A DNA stretch of 64,000 nt from Candidatus Bathyarchaeota archaeon. Lineage in GTDB: Archaea; Thermoproteota; Bathyarchaeia; 40CM-2-53-6; RBG-13-38-9. Each line of letters starts with the position of its first letter. Position 1 is the first letter of the stretch. A model generated the notes under the pieces. The model was not told the origin of the DNA and made no database searches. It saw only the letters and a program-made list of their open reading frames with translations. The DNA lies in contig CAWECG010000003.1 of the NCBI GenBank assembly GCA_963807605.1, positions 832,001-896,000 on the forward strand, read 5' to 3'. Shown piece after piece: positions 48,901-59,451 of this stretch. The translations under genes and the position numbers were made by a program.

Positions 48901-50154
48901 TTGCCTAGCTCTGAGACTCTCGAAGGCATCTTTGAAAAGTTCTTGTCGGGTAGCAAGATCTTCTCAAACCGAGAGGTTCTCAGACACGATTATATACCTA
49001 AAGATCTTCCCCACCGCCACCAAGAAATCGATCGACTGGGAAGGATGCTAGCCCCAGCCCTTACGCTCTCTAAAATCTCAAACCTCTTCATCTATGGTAA
49101 AACAGGTACTGGCAAGACAGCCGTCGTTAGGCATGTAATTGATGGTTTAGGTAAGAAAGCTGATGAGTTAGGTGTCAGACTGAGGCTGTCGTATGTTAAC
49201 TGTAGACTTTCTGGAACCAATTACAGAGTCTTAGCAGAGATTTGCCGTTCTGTTGGGATCCAAGTTCCCTTCACAGGATTAGCTGTTGGTGAGCTTTTTG
49301 ACAGATTCAGAAATGGTATCAACAAGGCAAAGTTTTGTCTTCTGATAGTTCTGGACGAGGTTGATACCCTAGTCAAGCGGAACGAAGAAAATAGTCTGCT
49401 GTATGAACTAACAAGAATAAACGAAAGCCTACGCGGTGGCTGGGTAGGCCTTGTGGGAGTATCCAATGATCTCCACTTCAAGGAGTTTCTTGATCCACGA
49501 ATTCTAAGTTGCCTGGGAGAGGAAGAGGTTATCTTCAAGCCCTACCTGGCTGACGAGCTATGTAACATCCTACAGGCGAGAGCCAGCATGGCCTTTCACG
49601 AAGGATCTCTAAAAGAGTCCGCAATTAGGCTCTGTGCTGCGCTAGCTGCTGGTGAGCATGGAGATGCTCGAAGAGCGCTAGATCTTCTTCGTATTGCAGG
49701 GGAATTGGCTGAACGAAGCGGAATTAATCAAGTTACCGAAGATCATGTTACGGCTGCGCAGAGAAAGGTGGAGCATGATCGAATAAGTGAGATTCTAACC
49801 TCTCTTCCTTTACATTCAAAACTTGTCTTGTTGAGTGTATTTCTGTTCCGGAATCATTCATCGAATGATGCCGTAACAGGCGACATTTACACTATCTACC
49901 AAGAGTTGTGTAAGGAGATCAGAGTTGATGTACTGACTCAAAGGCGGGTAAGTGGTCTGATAAGTGAGCTCGACATAATGGGAATACTTAGCGCGAGAGT
50001 CGTGAACTTTGGAAGATACGGAAGGACTAAGAAGATACGTTTAGGGATCCAAGAGAAGTCGATCATTGAAGCGTTATCTGAAGATGGTTTAGTCAATCCT
50101 CTCTTTCGTTATGTGCCTCGAACGCTTAGAAGACCGATTAGTTTGACGAGATAG
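48901..50154 (+). CDS. cdc6: Orc1/Cdc6 replication initiator
   Basis: IYGKTGTGKT Walker A, IVLDEVD Walker B, GDARRALDLLR, TQRRVSGLISEL, GRYGRTK. Confidence 0.97.
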   Translation: MPSSETLEGIFEKFLSGSKIFSNREVLRHDYIPKDLPHRHQEIDRLGRMLAPALTLSKISNLFIYGKTGTGKTAVVRHVIDGLGKKADELGVRLRLSYVNCRLSGTNYRVLAEICRSVGIQVPFTGLAVGELFDRFRNGINKAKFCLLIVLDEVDTLVKRNEENSLLYELTRINESLRGGWVGLVGVSNDLHFKEFLDPRILSCLGEEEVIFKPYLADELCNILQARASMAFHEGSLKESAIRLCAALAAGEHGDARRALDLLRIAGELAERSGINQVTEDHVTAAQRKVEHDRISEILTSLPLHSKLVLLSVFLFRNHSSNDAVTGDIYTIYQELCKEIRVDVLTQRRVSGLISELDIMGILSARVVNFGRYGRTKKIRLGIQEKSIIEALSEDGLVNPLFRYVPRTLRRPISLTR

Positions 50155-51706
50155 TATCTTCACTATACCTGAAATTCATCATACTCAAATTCATCGTTTG
50201 CAGGTTTAGAATGGGCATAACCCCAGGCGTTGGTTCGATTCCCATCCTTTTCTGATACTCCGTTTGATCTTGCCAAGCTCCGCAGTTTACTATGACTGTA
50301 CCTCGATATACCGAGTTTTTGGCGACATGAATGTGTCCAGCTTGGAAAACATCTGGGGGTTGAGCAATAACTAAGCGGTCTGTACTCTCAGGTGCCAAAG
50401 AGGTTCTTGCACCATATTCAGGCGCTAAGTGTCTACATCTCAAAAGGTACTCCATTGCTTTCTCTGGCGTTCTGAGACTAAGGTTCGGAACCCTAGCTAT
50501 AACATCATCCAAACTCCTTCCATGGTATAACAAAAAATGGAGTCCATGAACTCTGATCTCAGACGGATTTCCCAAGCTCGTAATGTTTCTAGCTTCGTAA
50601 ACCGGTTCTGCAAACTCCTTGGGAATTGCAGGTTGAGGAAGTGCCTGTCTGACAGCGTCGTGGTTACCAGGAATAATTACAACCTCTATGTAATCTGGTA
50701 TCTGCTCAATGTATTGGGCTACCATTTTGTACTGTTGGTGGATGTCAGTGATAGACAAATCCTCTTCCTGACGGGGATAGACACCTATGCCATCTACGAG
50801 GTCGCCTGCTATTATCACATATTTGGTTTTCGAGGCTGCATCTATCTGTCTCGGGTTTCCAACTTTGCCATTTAGCCACATAATGAATCGTTCGAAGGCA
50901 TCTACACAGAATGTCTTGCTACCAAGATGAATGTCCGATAGAAGCGCAGCGTTGATTGGCTGGTCAGTACCGATAGGTCTCTTATCGGGAATATCGGGCA
51001 AGACAATTTGTTCTGCTATCAAAAGGTCGTTCTTACCGCGTAACGCTTCTATTCCGACGACTTGGTCCAAGAGGATCCTCCGTGCGGTTTCAAAGAGTTC
51101 TCGACTCTTGTTTGACAGTACCATTAGCGTCGCGGCATTTTCTTCATCTTCGATCTCGAGAAAGAGCTGATTGCCGTACTCGCGTTTACTCATGACAATA
51201 GCTATAATTCTGATTCTTTCGCCATATTTAGCCTCAAGAGCTTTGGTAACGTCACCTGCATCTCTGAAATCTAGTCTCTCACGAAGGATTCTTGCGAGTC
51301 TCTCGAATCTGTCTCTAAAGTATTGGTTAAAGTCACTTATGTCTCCGCTTGACTCCGCTTCCTCACTTCCATTTTTGAGGATCTCCATGTCACTGCTAAT
51401 TTCTTTGGCGAGAGGAATGGATGACCTTAACTCCACTCTCTTTAGTGTGGCTTCTTTTGGATGTGTTACCTTAGTGAGCGCCTTCTCTATGATTTCACGT
51501 GTGATCACCATTGGTTTTGGAGTGCGTCGTTCAACCTCATTTATCGATTCGTTAATGAGAGAACTGAAATGTTCCTCGCTCTGTAATACTTTAAGGAGTT
51601 CAAAGGCTGTCGGGTCCAGTTGGTAACCTGCAAGTGTTATGTTTCCAAGTGCTTCTTTGACATTTCTGGAAAAGTTAAGTCGACTTTTTGGCATGTTGGA
51701 TATCAA
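50138..51706 (-). CDS. polB: DNA polymerase II (PolD) small subunit DP1
   Basis: OB fold plus phosphoesterase motifs SDIHLGS, AGDLVDGIG.YP.Q, PGNHD, YHGRSLDD, RHLAP, GHIH. Confidence 0.96.
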   Translation of the reverse strand: MISNMPKSRLNFSRNVKEALGNITLAGYQLDPTAFELLKVLQSEEHFSSLINESINEVERRTPKPMVITREIIEKALTKVTHPKEATLKRVELRSSIPLAKEISSDMEILKNGSEEAESSGDISDFNQYFRDRFERLARILRERLDFRDAGDVTKALEAKYGERIRIIAIVMSKREYGNQLFLEIEDEENAATLMVLSNKSRELFETARRILLDQVVGIEALRGKNDLLIAEQIVLPDIPDKRPIGTDQPINAALLSDIHLGSKTFCVDAFERFIMWLNGKVGNPRQIDAASKTKYVIIAGDLVDGIGVYPRQEEDLSITDIHQQYKMVAQYIEQIPDYIEVVIIPGNHDAVRQALPQPAIPKEFAEPVYEARNITSLGNPSEIRVHGLHFLLYHGRSLDDVIARVPNLSLRTPEKAMEYLLRCRHLAPEYGARTSLAPESTDRLVIAQPPDVFQAGHIHVAKNSVYRGTVIVNCGAWQDQTEYQKRMGIEPTPGVMPILNLQTMNLSMMNFRYSEDTISSN

Positions 51707-51950
51707 GAGAGTCTAGCATTCCATTGATTGCTGCCTTAGTATAGCTTAGTTACTTATCTTTGTTCTTAGGAATAGATTTAGTGTATACTCCCGCTTTCAC
51801 CGAAGTATCTTGAATAGACACATTACATAAAATTTTCCCTGTTTAGTGCAAAGCTTAGACATATAATATTTAACATATTCTTGTCAATGTCTTCGAATAA
51901 GAATAACAATAGATTCCACATATACAATCTTCTATGTCCTCCTTAGAGGT

Positions 51951-53381
51951 TTGAAATTGGAAGATATTGCAGAATTTGCTGTCAACTATGCTGGAAGCTT
52001 GGGCTCATCGTATGCTGAAGCTAGGGTCCGGAAGGAGATAAGTAACACAAGTATCATCAAAAATGGGACCCCCCAATTCTCTGGTTTCATGAGAGAACTG
52101 GGAATTGGCATCAGATTGATCATTAATGGTGGACTTGGTTTTGCTTCAACAAATGAACTTAGCCACAGTAGCATCACTGAGACCATTTTGTCAGCGGCCA
52201 CTATGGCTCGAGTTTGTACAGATACACTGAGAACCCCGGTTCTATTGTCTAAGGTGGAAGTTAATCGGGATAGCTGGGAGGTCGGTCAGAAACAGAAATT
52301 TGGATCCGTTAGTACAGAAGATGAGCTTAGACTTCTTCTGGAGGTGGACAAGTCCTTCAAGGCTCAGAAGGATGTCAAGTTTCCCTCAAGAATTCTCTCC
52401 TTAAACAAAACTATTACAGAGCAGAGGTTCCTGAACACTGAAGGTACATCAATACTGTCAAAGATTCCTAGAATCGCCTTTTTTTACGTAACAACAGCAT
52501 ACAGCCCAAGCAAAGGTACAGTCCAACGGTTCAACCAGATAGGAGAAAGTGGCGGTTGGGAGGCAGTCTCATCTTGGAGACTAACTGAATTTGTTTCAAA
52601 AGAAGCCAAAATTCTGGCCTCAATCTTAACCAAGGGAAAACGTCCTCCCAAAGGTCACCTTGATGTAATCCTAGGCAGTGAAGTAGTAGGAATAGTATGT
52701 CATGAATCATGTGGCCACCCGTTCGAAGCTGATCGCATTCTTGGAAGAGAAGCAGCTGCCGCTGGCGAGTCATTTGTGAATATAGACACGTTAGGAAAGA
52801 GGATTGGTAGTCCCAAAGTAACTGTAATTGACGATCCTACAGTACCAAGATCCTATGGTTACTATCTTTATGACGATGAAGGTGTCAGGGCTTCACGCCG
52901 TGAACTGATAAAGGATGGGATAGTGAATAATTTCTTACACAACAGAGAGACCGCTGCAGAACTAGGGATCAAGAGCAATGGAGCAGCTCGATCAGTCTCT
53001 TACAGTCGAGAGCCATTAATCAGAATGTCAAACACCTACATGGAAAGAGGTGACTATAGTCTTCAAGAACTCATGGAAGATGTCTCGAAAGGAATTTACA
53101 TCAAGAGCTTTATGGAGTGGAATATAGACGATCGAAGATTCCGTCAACGTTATGTCGGTTTGGAAGCTTATTCAATAAACAAAGGCGAGTGCACACAACT
53201 AATACGCAATCCAGTTCTTGAGATGACTACGCCTGCTCTCTTTAGAAGTGTTAATGCAGTCGGGAAGGATGTGTCTTTCAGCGCTGCGACATGTGGAAAA
53301 GGAGATCCGCAGCAAGGAGCACCTGTCTGGACGGGTGGACCTGACATTAGGTTGAGAAAAATAATGTTACGAGGTTCCTAA
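51951..53381 (+). CDS. tldD: TldD family metalloprotease
   Basis: HESCGHPFEADR (HExxxH), DDEGV, RMSNTY, CGKG. Confidence 0.93.
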   Translation: MKLEDIAEFAVNYAGSLGSSYAEARVRKEISNTSIIKNGTPQFSGFMRELGIGIRLIINGGLGFASTNELSHSSITETILSAATMARVCTDTLRTPVLLSKVEVNRDSWEVGQKQKFGSVSTEDELRLLLEVDKSFKAQKDVKFPSRILSLNKTITEQRFLNTEGTSILSKIPRIAFFYVTTAYSPSKGTVQRFNQIGESGGWEAVSSWRLTEFVSKEAKILASILTKGKRPPKGHLDVILGSEVVGIVCHESCGHPFEADRILGREAAAAGESFVNIDTLGKRIGSPKVTVIDDPTVPRSYGYYLYDDEGVRASRRELIKDGIVNNFLHNRETAAELGIKSNGAARSVSYSREPLIRMSNTYMERGDYSLQELMEDVSKGIYIKSFMEWNIDDRRFRQRYVGLEAYSINKGECTQLIRNPVLEMTTPALFRSVNAVGKDVSFSAATCGKGDPQQGAPVWTGGPDIRLRKIMLRGS

Positions 53382-53382
53382 T

Positions 53383-54708
53383 ATGCGACCAACAGACTTC
53401 GCTTCATTGGCAGTCAAAGAAGGAAGAAGAGGCGGAGCAGATGATGTAGCAGCTACGTGCGTCAGGGAAGACGTGAAGATGATAAGGTTCTCAAATAACC
53501 AAGTCACAGTTAACCAAGCTTGGCATTCATGTATAACGAATGTCATGGTTGCAGTAAGAAAAAGAGTTGGAATAGGAAGTATAGAAGATCTTTCTAGAGG
53601 TTCCATCAAGCACTCTGTAGCAGAGCTACTCAAGTTGGCCAACGCAAGTAGACCAAACAAGGATTATGCTCGTCTTCCTCGAGGGCCATTCAAGTACACA
53701 CCCTTCCAAGTCAGTCTCGGTTCCATAAAGAGTTCTGATCTGATCGCGTATGTCAAAGCTGCTATTTCAGGTGCCATTTCAAATGGTGCAGAGAGAGTCG
53801 CAGGTGCACTAATACTCAGAAAGATGGATACTGAAATAGAAACATCTGCCGCTGTATCAGGCCACGATTCCTTATCATCTCTTGAGATATCTGTTAGGGC
53901 ATTTTCTGATAATGAAGCGTCAGGTCAAGCCAACTCATGTTCAAGGATAGAGAAAGACTTTCTTCCCGAACAGGCAGGTCAAGCAGCAGCCGAAGTAGCC
54001 AAGAAAGCAATCAGTCCGGTAGAAGGCAAACCGGGAACGTATCACGTGATTCTGGGGCCAAACGTCGTCGCGAGCTTAATGAACGAGGTGATGAGTGCAG
54101 CATCTGCATTCAATATCGACGCAGGCCTTTCATTCATGACTGATATGCTGGAGAAACGAGTGGCTTCCAATAATCTTACACTCATCGACGATGGAACACT
54201 TCCTGATGGAGTGAATTCAAGAGCGTTTGATGATGAAGGCATCCCAACCAGAAGAACCGCAGTCGTCAAGAAGGGTATCCTGAAAAGTTATCTCCATAAC
54301 TCTTTGACTGCCAAGAAGTTCAACAGTTCAACTACTGGAAATGCCGGCTGGATTTTTCCTCAGCCTTGGAACATAATAGTCGATGGCAGTCAACTTAGTG
54401 AAGAGAAGTTGTTTCAGAGTTTGGATGAGGGCATATACATTACTAACAATTGGTATACACGATTTCAGAATTACAGAACGGGAGACTTCTCAACTGTTTG
54501 TAGGGATGGCTTGTTCATGATCAGACACGGGCAAGTAGTTCAGTCTCTAAAAGGGCTGAGGATCAGTGACAGTCTTCCAAAGATCCTGCGAAAAATTGTA
54601 GATGTATCAGACAAACAGTATTGGGTGAAGTGGTGGGAGGTTGAGGTGCCAACTCTAGCTCCTCATATGCTAATTAGAGACGTAAATCTAACAAAGTCGG
54701 TCAGCTAA
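53383..54708 (+). CDS. TldE/PmbA family protein
   Basis: IRFSNN, FDDEG.PT, STTGNAG; lacks HExxH; directly downstream of tldD. Confidence 0.9.
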   Translation: MRPTDFASLAVKEGRRGGADDVAATCVREDVKMIRFSNNQVTVNQAWHSCITNVMVAVRKRVGIGSIEDLSRGSIKHSVAELLKLANASRPNKDYARLPRGPFKYTPFQVSLGSIKSSDLIAYVKAAISGAISNGAERVAGALILRKMDTEIETSAAVSGHDSLSSLEISVRAFSDNEASGQANSCSRIEKDFLPEQAGQAAAEVAKKAISPVEGKPGTYHVILGPNVVASLMNEVMSAASAFNIDAGLSFMTDMLEKRVASNNLTLIDDGTLPDGVNSRAFDDEGIPTRRTAVVKKGILKSYLHNSLTAKKFNSSTTGNAGWIFPQPWNIIVDGSQLSEEKLFQSLDEGIYITNNWYTRFQNYRTGDFSTVCRDGLFMIRHGQVVQSLKGLRISDSLPKILRKIVDVSDKQYWVKWWEVEVPTLAPHMLIRDVNLTKSVS

Positions 54709-54730
54709 GCATTCGGGATAGTTCCTCAGG

Positions 54731-54847
54731 CGCCGGGGAGGGGACTTGAACCCCTGCTCTCCTAGTGGAGAACCGGATGTGTTGACTTTTCGTTCTCGAG
54801 TCCGGCGCATTGGCCCACTTTATGTTTTGCCACTCTGCCACCCCGGC
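54731..54847 (-). tRNA. tRNA-Ser(CGA) with two introns (D-loop ~54813-54828; canonical 37/38 at 54779-54794)
   Basis: Acceptor stem GCCGGGG/CCCCGGC, discriminator G, T-arm AGGGG-TTCAAGT-CCCCT, long variable arm, anticodon stem CCGGA/TCCGG around CT-CGA-GA; CCA not encoded. Confidence 0.88.
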
Positions 54848-54902
54848 CAAACAATACCTAGCGTTGCGGCATTAAATTACTTTTCAGTCGTCCTACTCAC
54901 TG

Positions 54903-55355
54903 TTACTGGCTGATCTTTACGACCATACCATTATCCAGTTTTATGATATCTTGGATCCGCAATTCTAGTAGTCTATTACGAGATCCTCCACCGCAGTATA
55001 CAGTTTCGTAATCGAGCAGCTTACTATCTATGATAGTTCTCATTCGTGTTTTGTGGCCAACCGATGGGGTGCCCCCAGGTGCATAGCCACTTATTCGCTC
55101 CGCTTTCTCGAAACGAACTAGTTCTACTTTCTTTGCACCGATAGCCTTGGCGGCCTCGTTTAGGTTAACCTTCCTATCTCCTGGCACGATGAGTAAGATA
55201 TACTCGCCGGCTTCGGTTACTGAGACAAGATTCTTTGTCACTCTGTTAAGCGCTATTCCCGTAGCCTTAGCTGCGTCAGCTGTATGTATTGTCTCAACTT
55301 TCTCTACGAAACGGTACCATACGTTATTCTCCGAGAGGTACTGTTCTAGGCTCAA
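54903..55355 (-). CDS. YbaK/EbsC aminoacyl-tRNA editing domain protein
   Basis: TADAAKA.G, TKNLV, VPGDRKV, SGY.PGG.P.VG, CGGG. Confidence 0.9.
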   Translation of the reverse strand: MSLEQYLSENNVWYRFVEKVETIHTADAAKATGIALNRVTKNLVSVTEAGEYILLIVPGDRKVNLNEAAKAIGAKKVELVRFEKAERISGYAPGGTPSVGHKTRMRTIIDSKLLDYETVYCGGGSRNRLLELRIQDIIKLDNGMVVKISQ

Positions 55356-55771
55356 TTCAACATCACAATCATGTACTTTATCATATATGTGTAAAAAATC
55401 GTTGCAGTCACATACCTTTAGGGAGTCTTACTTTAGTCAAAACTGTAAAAACCGCACATATTTACTAGGGACCTGTCTAATACAAATCTCTGTCAATTCA
55501 GACCAGTATTCAACCTATAGATAGACACATTATATTAAGAAGATTGTTTTCTTCTTCATCGTTTGCAAAGGCTATGCCAATATCATATCTTTTCATTGGA
55601 TATCACACCATGCCCTATCGACTAATAGGATGGGAATAAATGGCTTGTGATGACAATGATTCCTTAACTTAGTGTCTTAACGAGTCAATACCTGCTTAGC
55701 CTTTTCTTGGTGGCTGGAGGCAAAGAGAAGACTTCAATACTTCTTTTGATATCATTAGTGTTGATGCAGTC

Positions 55772-56188
55772 ATGATGAAGAAGCTTCTGGTACCGATTGA
55801 CGGTTCCAAAAGTGCCGACGAAGCAATAAGATATGCATGCACTATCGCTAAGAAGTTCAATTCAGAGATGACATTACTTTGTGTCATTCCTCCACCAATA
55901 ATACTAGGCGTTGAGGCGGGAATCATTGACTACAGACCACTTGAAGAATCAGGGCGCAAAGTACTTGAAAATACGAAGAAGATGGTCGATTCTGCAGAAT
56001 TAAGAGCTTCAACGAGACTCGAGACTGGGCAAGTTGCCGACACAATAATTAATGTCGCCAAAGAAGAAGGAAGTGATTTAATCGTTATCGGTAGTCGCGG
56101 CTTAAGTGGAGCGAAGCGATTTCTTCTTGGCAGTATTAGCAATAGTGTAAGTCATCATGCACCGTGTCCAGTTCTCATAGTGCGGTAA
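55772..56188 (+). CDS. Universal stress protein (UspA family)
   Basis: LLVPIDGS, DLIVIGSRG, LLGSIS..V.HHAPCPVLIVR. Confidence 0.95.
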   Translation: MMKKLLVPIDGSKSADEAIRYACTIAKKFNSEMTLLCVIPPPIILGVEAGIIDYRPLEESGRKVLENTKKMVDSAELRASTRLETGQVADTIINVAKEEGSDLIVIGSRGLSGAKRFLLGSISNSVSHHAPCPVLIVR

Positions 56189-56352
56189 GTCAAGAGTTCC
56201 TCAAGAGAAGTGTACGCGCGTCAAACGTTGGAATGCGAGAACACCGCCTATGTAATCAAAGATTTCGAATGAGGTGCCTAAATCACCTAAAATTCACATC
56301 TTTATGTTCAGATAGGGAGGATCAATAACCGCACGGCATTGGAGATTAATGC

Positions 56353-59205
56353 ATGACTGAGAGCATATTTCAACTCTTGCAAGAGCCTGTCAGGCGCCAG
56401 ATTGAAAGGCAGGGGATAACAGAGGCCAGCGGCATTCAGAAGCTTGCAATTCCGCCGATATTGAAAGGACACAATGTCCTTCTGATCGCTCCTACCGGAA
56501 CAGGAAAGACTCTAGCTGCCGTACTTCCAATACTCGATCTCTACATCTCTTCCAGAAGAACACAACAATCCAAAGGAATAAAAATACTATACATCACGCC
56601 TCTCAGAGCCCTCAACCGTGACCTTCTAAGAAGACTTCTGGAAAGCGGAAAGGATCTTGGAATCGACATACAAGTTAGACATGGGGATACACCAAGAAAT
56701 GTAAGAACAAAACAGGCAAGAACTCCACCAGACATGCTAATAACGACCCCTGAGACTCTCCAAGCGATTCTCCCAGGAAAAAGGATGAGAGAGCACCTCA
56801 AGCATGTAAGATGGCTGATAATAGACGAGATTCACGAGCTAGCGACCGACAAAAGGGGTGCCCAGCTCTCAATAGGCCTAGAAAGACTAAGAAGGCTCGC
56901 TGGTCGAGAATTCCAGCGTGTAGGACTCTCGGCAACAGTAGGTGAGACTGAAAAGATAGCCAAGTTTCTTGCTGGATCAGCAGACAATGTTAACGTAATC
57001 AAATCGACTGACCTGAGAGGCCTAGATGCCACAGTTGAGTCTGTCAATCTGACTAAGAAGGATTATGAAGAGGCTAGGAGACTGGGCATTCCACCAGCAG
57101 CTGTAAGTCGGGCCAGAAGAATATGCGAACTTCTTTCTGAACAACGATCCACCCTTGTATTCACAAATACACGGGAACATGCCGAAGCCTTGGGCTCACA
57201 GATAAATGCAATTGGGTGTAAGAATTCGGTTAAGGTTCACCACGGATCACTTTCCAGAGAGATAAGAGAAGAGGTTGAGGCTGAATTCCAAGCGGGCACT
57301 GTAAAAGGTGTCATATGTACTTCATCTCTTGAACTCGGAATAGACATTGGGACAGTCGATCTGGTAATCCAGTATATGTCACCCAGAGAAGCCACAAGGC
57401 TCATCCAGAGAATAGGGAGAAGTGGGCACCAGATCAAATCGTTACCTCATGGTCGGATAATAGCAGCGTGGACCGATGATATACTTGAGTCAGCCGTACT
57501 GTTGAAACACGCCAAGGATGAGCAACTTGAGAAGGTCAAGATTCATGAGAATGCTTTGGATGTGCTTGCTCACCAAGTGGTAGGTATACTCTTAGACGCA
57601 AGGAAAGTAGTTCTTGAAGAAGCCTACCAGATCATAAGGGGGGCTTATCCCTACAGGAATATCGATCCTGAAACTTTCCATAGTGTCATCAAGCAACTCC
57701 AACAACAGCGAATATTGAACTTAAAAGAAGAAATGTTATTTCCCAGGTTTCCTAGCGCACATAGATACTATTACGAGAATCTCTCAGTAATTCCAGATGT
57801 TAAGAAGTATACCGTATTTGACTTCACATTAAAGAGACGCCTTGGAACGCTTGATCAGGAGTTTGTGGCGAGGCGATGTCGTGCAGGCACCGAATTCATT
57901 ATGCATGGCAACACTTGGCGAATAATAAGCGTTGATGATGAGAAGCTGATTGTAGAGGTTGAAGCTGCGGCTGCGAGTCTTAAAGCGATACCTAGCTGGG
58001 AAGGGGAGATAATTCCAGTAGAGTACGATGTCGCTTTCGAGGTAGGGCGTCTAAGAGAAACCTTCTCACAAACAACAACGGGAAGTCAAGAATTATTGAG
58101 TCTTTCGCAAACACTGCATATTGATTATATAGCGGCTACAAAGATTCTGGAAACTGTTGAAACGCACCTCCGGGATTATCCTTTACCAACAAATACTCAA
58201 ATGGTTGTGGAGCGTTTCGAGAATTGTATTATAATTCATGCATGCTTTGGTAACTTGGTTAATGAAACCCTTGCCCTGATTCTGGCCACATTACTGCAGG
58301 CGAAGTTTGGAATAAACATCGTCACCCAAGTAGACTCCTACAGGATTGCACTAGTGACACCACTTAAAATGAATCCCAAAACCGTTGGGGATGAACTATC
58401 AAAACTGAGACCTGACGAGATTACTACAATAGTAAGAAGTGCCGTTGAGAACACAGAGTTCTTCGCTTGGAGACACTGGCACATCGCGAAGAGATTCGGA
58501 GCAGTTGAGGCAAAGGCAGATTACAAGTTGCGAAGAGCAAAACTTCTTGTGGAGATATTCCGTGGGACTCCACTGAGTGAGGAGACTCTACGTGAGATAT
58601 GCCTAGAGAAGATGGATGTCGGAAATGCAGTTAAGGTTATTCAAAAGCTCATCTCTGGAGATATAAAGATCGAGTTGGTAGAACAGAAAGGAATGAGTTG
58701 TTCACCTTTTGCTTTACCGATAGTCGACAAGATTGTTCCCCATAACCTCTTGAGACCCGCGGTACCTACTCAATCTCTAGCAGACATAATAAAAGAGAGG
58801 CTCATGTCAACCAACGTAAGGTTGGTGTGCATCTTCAATGCCGATTGGGAAAGCGTAAGAGGTGTAAAAACTCTACCTGAGACTATAAGTTGTCCAAAGT
58901 GTAGGTCAACACTGATAGCAGCCGTATACCAAGGAGATCAAGAATTACTGCCCATAGCTATCAAAAAGAAGAATCATGTCATATTAACCCACGAAGAAGA
59001 GGAGCGTTGGAGAAGAGCTTGGAGATCTGCTAGTTTAGTTCAAACCGCCGGAAGAAAGGCTGTTGTGACTATGGCTGCGAGGGGGGTTGGGCCTATGACA
59101 GCTGCGCGTATACTAAGACATTACGTGCGAAGTGAAGTTGAGTTCTATTCAGAGATTCTTAAGGCTGAGAGAGAATACCAACGTACTAGGCTTTTCTGGG
59201 ACTAA
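56353..59205 (+). CDS. lhr: Lhr-like ATP-dependent DEAD/H helicase
   Basis: APTGTGKT, TPLRALNRD, RHGDT, TTPET, DEIHE, GLSAT, HHGSLS, TSSLELGIDIG, QRIGRSGH; C-terminal CPKC. Confidence 0.93.
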   Translation: MTESIFQLLQEPVRRQIERQGITEASGIQKLAIPPILKGHNVLLIAPTGTGKTLAAVLPILDLYISSRRTQQSKGIKILYITPLRALNRDLLRRLLESGKDLGIDIQVRHGDTPRNVRTKQARTPPDMLITTPETLQAILPGKRMREHLKHVRWLIIDEIHELATDKRGAQLSIGLERLRRLAGREFQRVGLSATVGETEKIAKFLAGSADNVNVIKSTDLRGLDATVESVNLTKKDYEEARRLGIPPAAVSRARRICELLSEQRSTLVFTNTREHAEALGSQINAIGCKNSVKVHHGSLSREIREEVEAEFQAGTVKGVICTSSLELGIDIGTVDLVIQYMSPREATRLIQRIGRSGHQIKSLPHGRIIAAWTDDILESAVLLKHAKDEQLEKVKIHENALDVLAHQVVGILLDARKVVLEEAYQIIRGAYPYRNIDPETFHSVIKQLQQQRILNLKEEMLFPRFPSAHRYYYENLSVIPDVKKYTVFDFTLKRRLGTLDQEFVARRCRAGTEFIMHGNTWRIISVDDEKLIVEVEAAAASLKAIPSWEGEIIPVEYDVAFEVGRLRETFSQTTTGSQELLSLSQTLHIDYIAATKILETVETHLRDYPLPTNTQMVVERFENCIIIHACFGNLVNETLALILATLLQAKFGINIVTQVDSYRIALVTPLKMNPKTVGDELSKLRPDEITTIVRSAVENTEFFAWRHWHIAKRFGAVEAKADYKLRRAKLLVEIFRGTPLSEETLREICLEKMDVGNAVKVIQKLISGDIKIELVEQKGMSCSPFALPIVDKIVPHNLLRPAVPTQSLADIIKERLMSTNVRLVCIFNADWESVRGVKTLPETISCPKCRSTLIAAVYQGDQELLPIAIKKKNHVILTHEEEERWRRAWRSASLVQTAGRKAVVTMAARGVGPMTAARILRHYVRSEVEFYSEILKAEREYQRTRLFWD

Positions 59206-59451
59206 TCAACTCACTTTCATAATGATAACATTACATGGGACTTAGATCTTGTCCATAACGAGTTTGATGTATCATCCAGATTATGTCAAGCACGAACTAG
59301 GATAAGATCAGCCAAGAAAGCCAGAAAGAGTCAGCAAAACTATTGAACACGTCAAAAGGAACCAAGAAGTTGAAGAACAAATTAAGAAATCTGAATCCGT
59401 TCTCAGTGACTATTGGCAAATTTTCAAGATGCCCATCGTGGAATCGGTATT

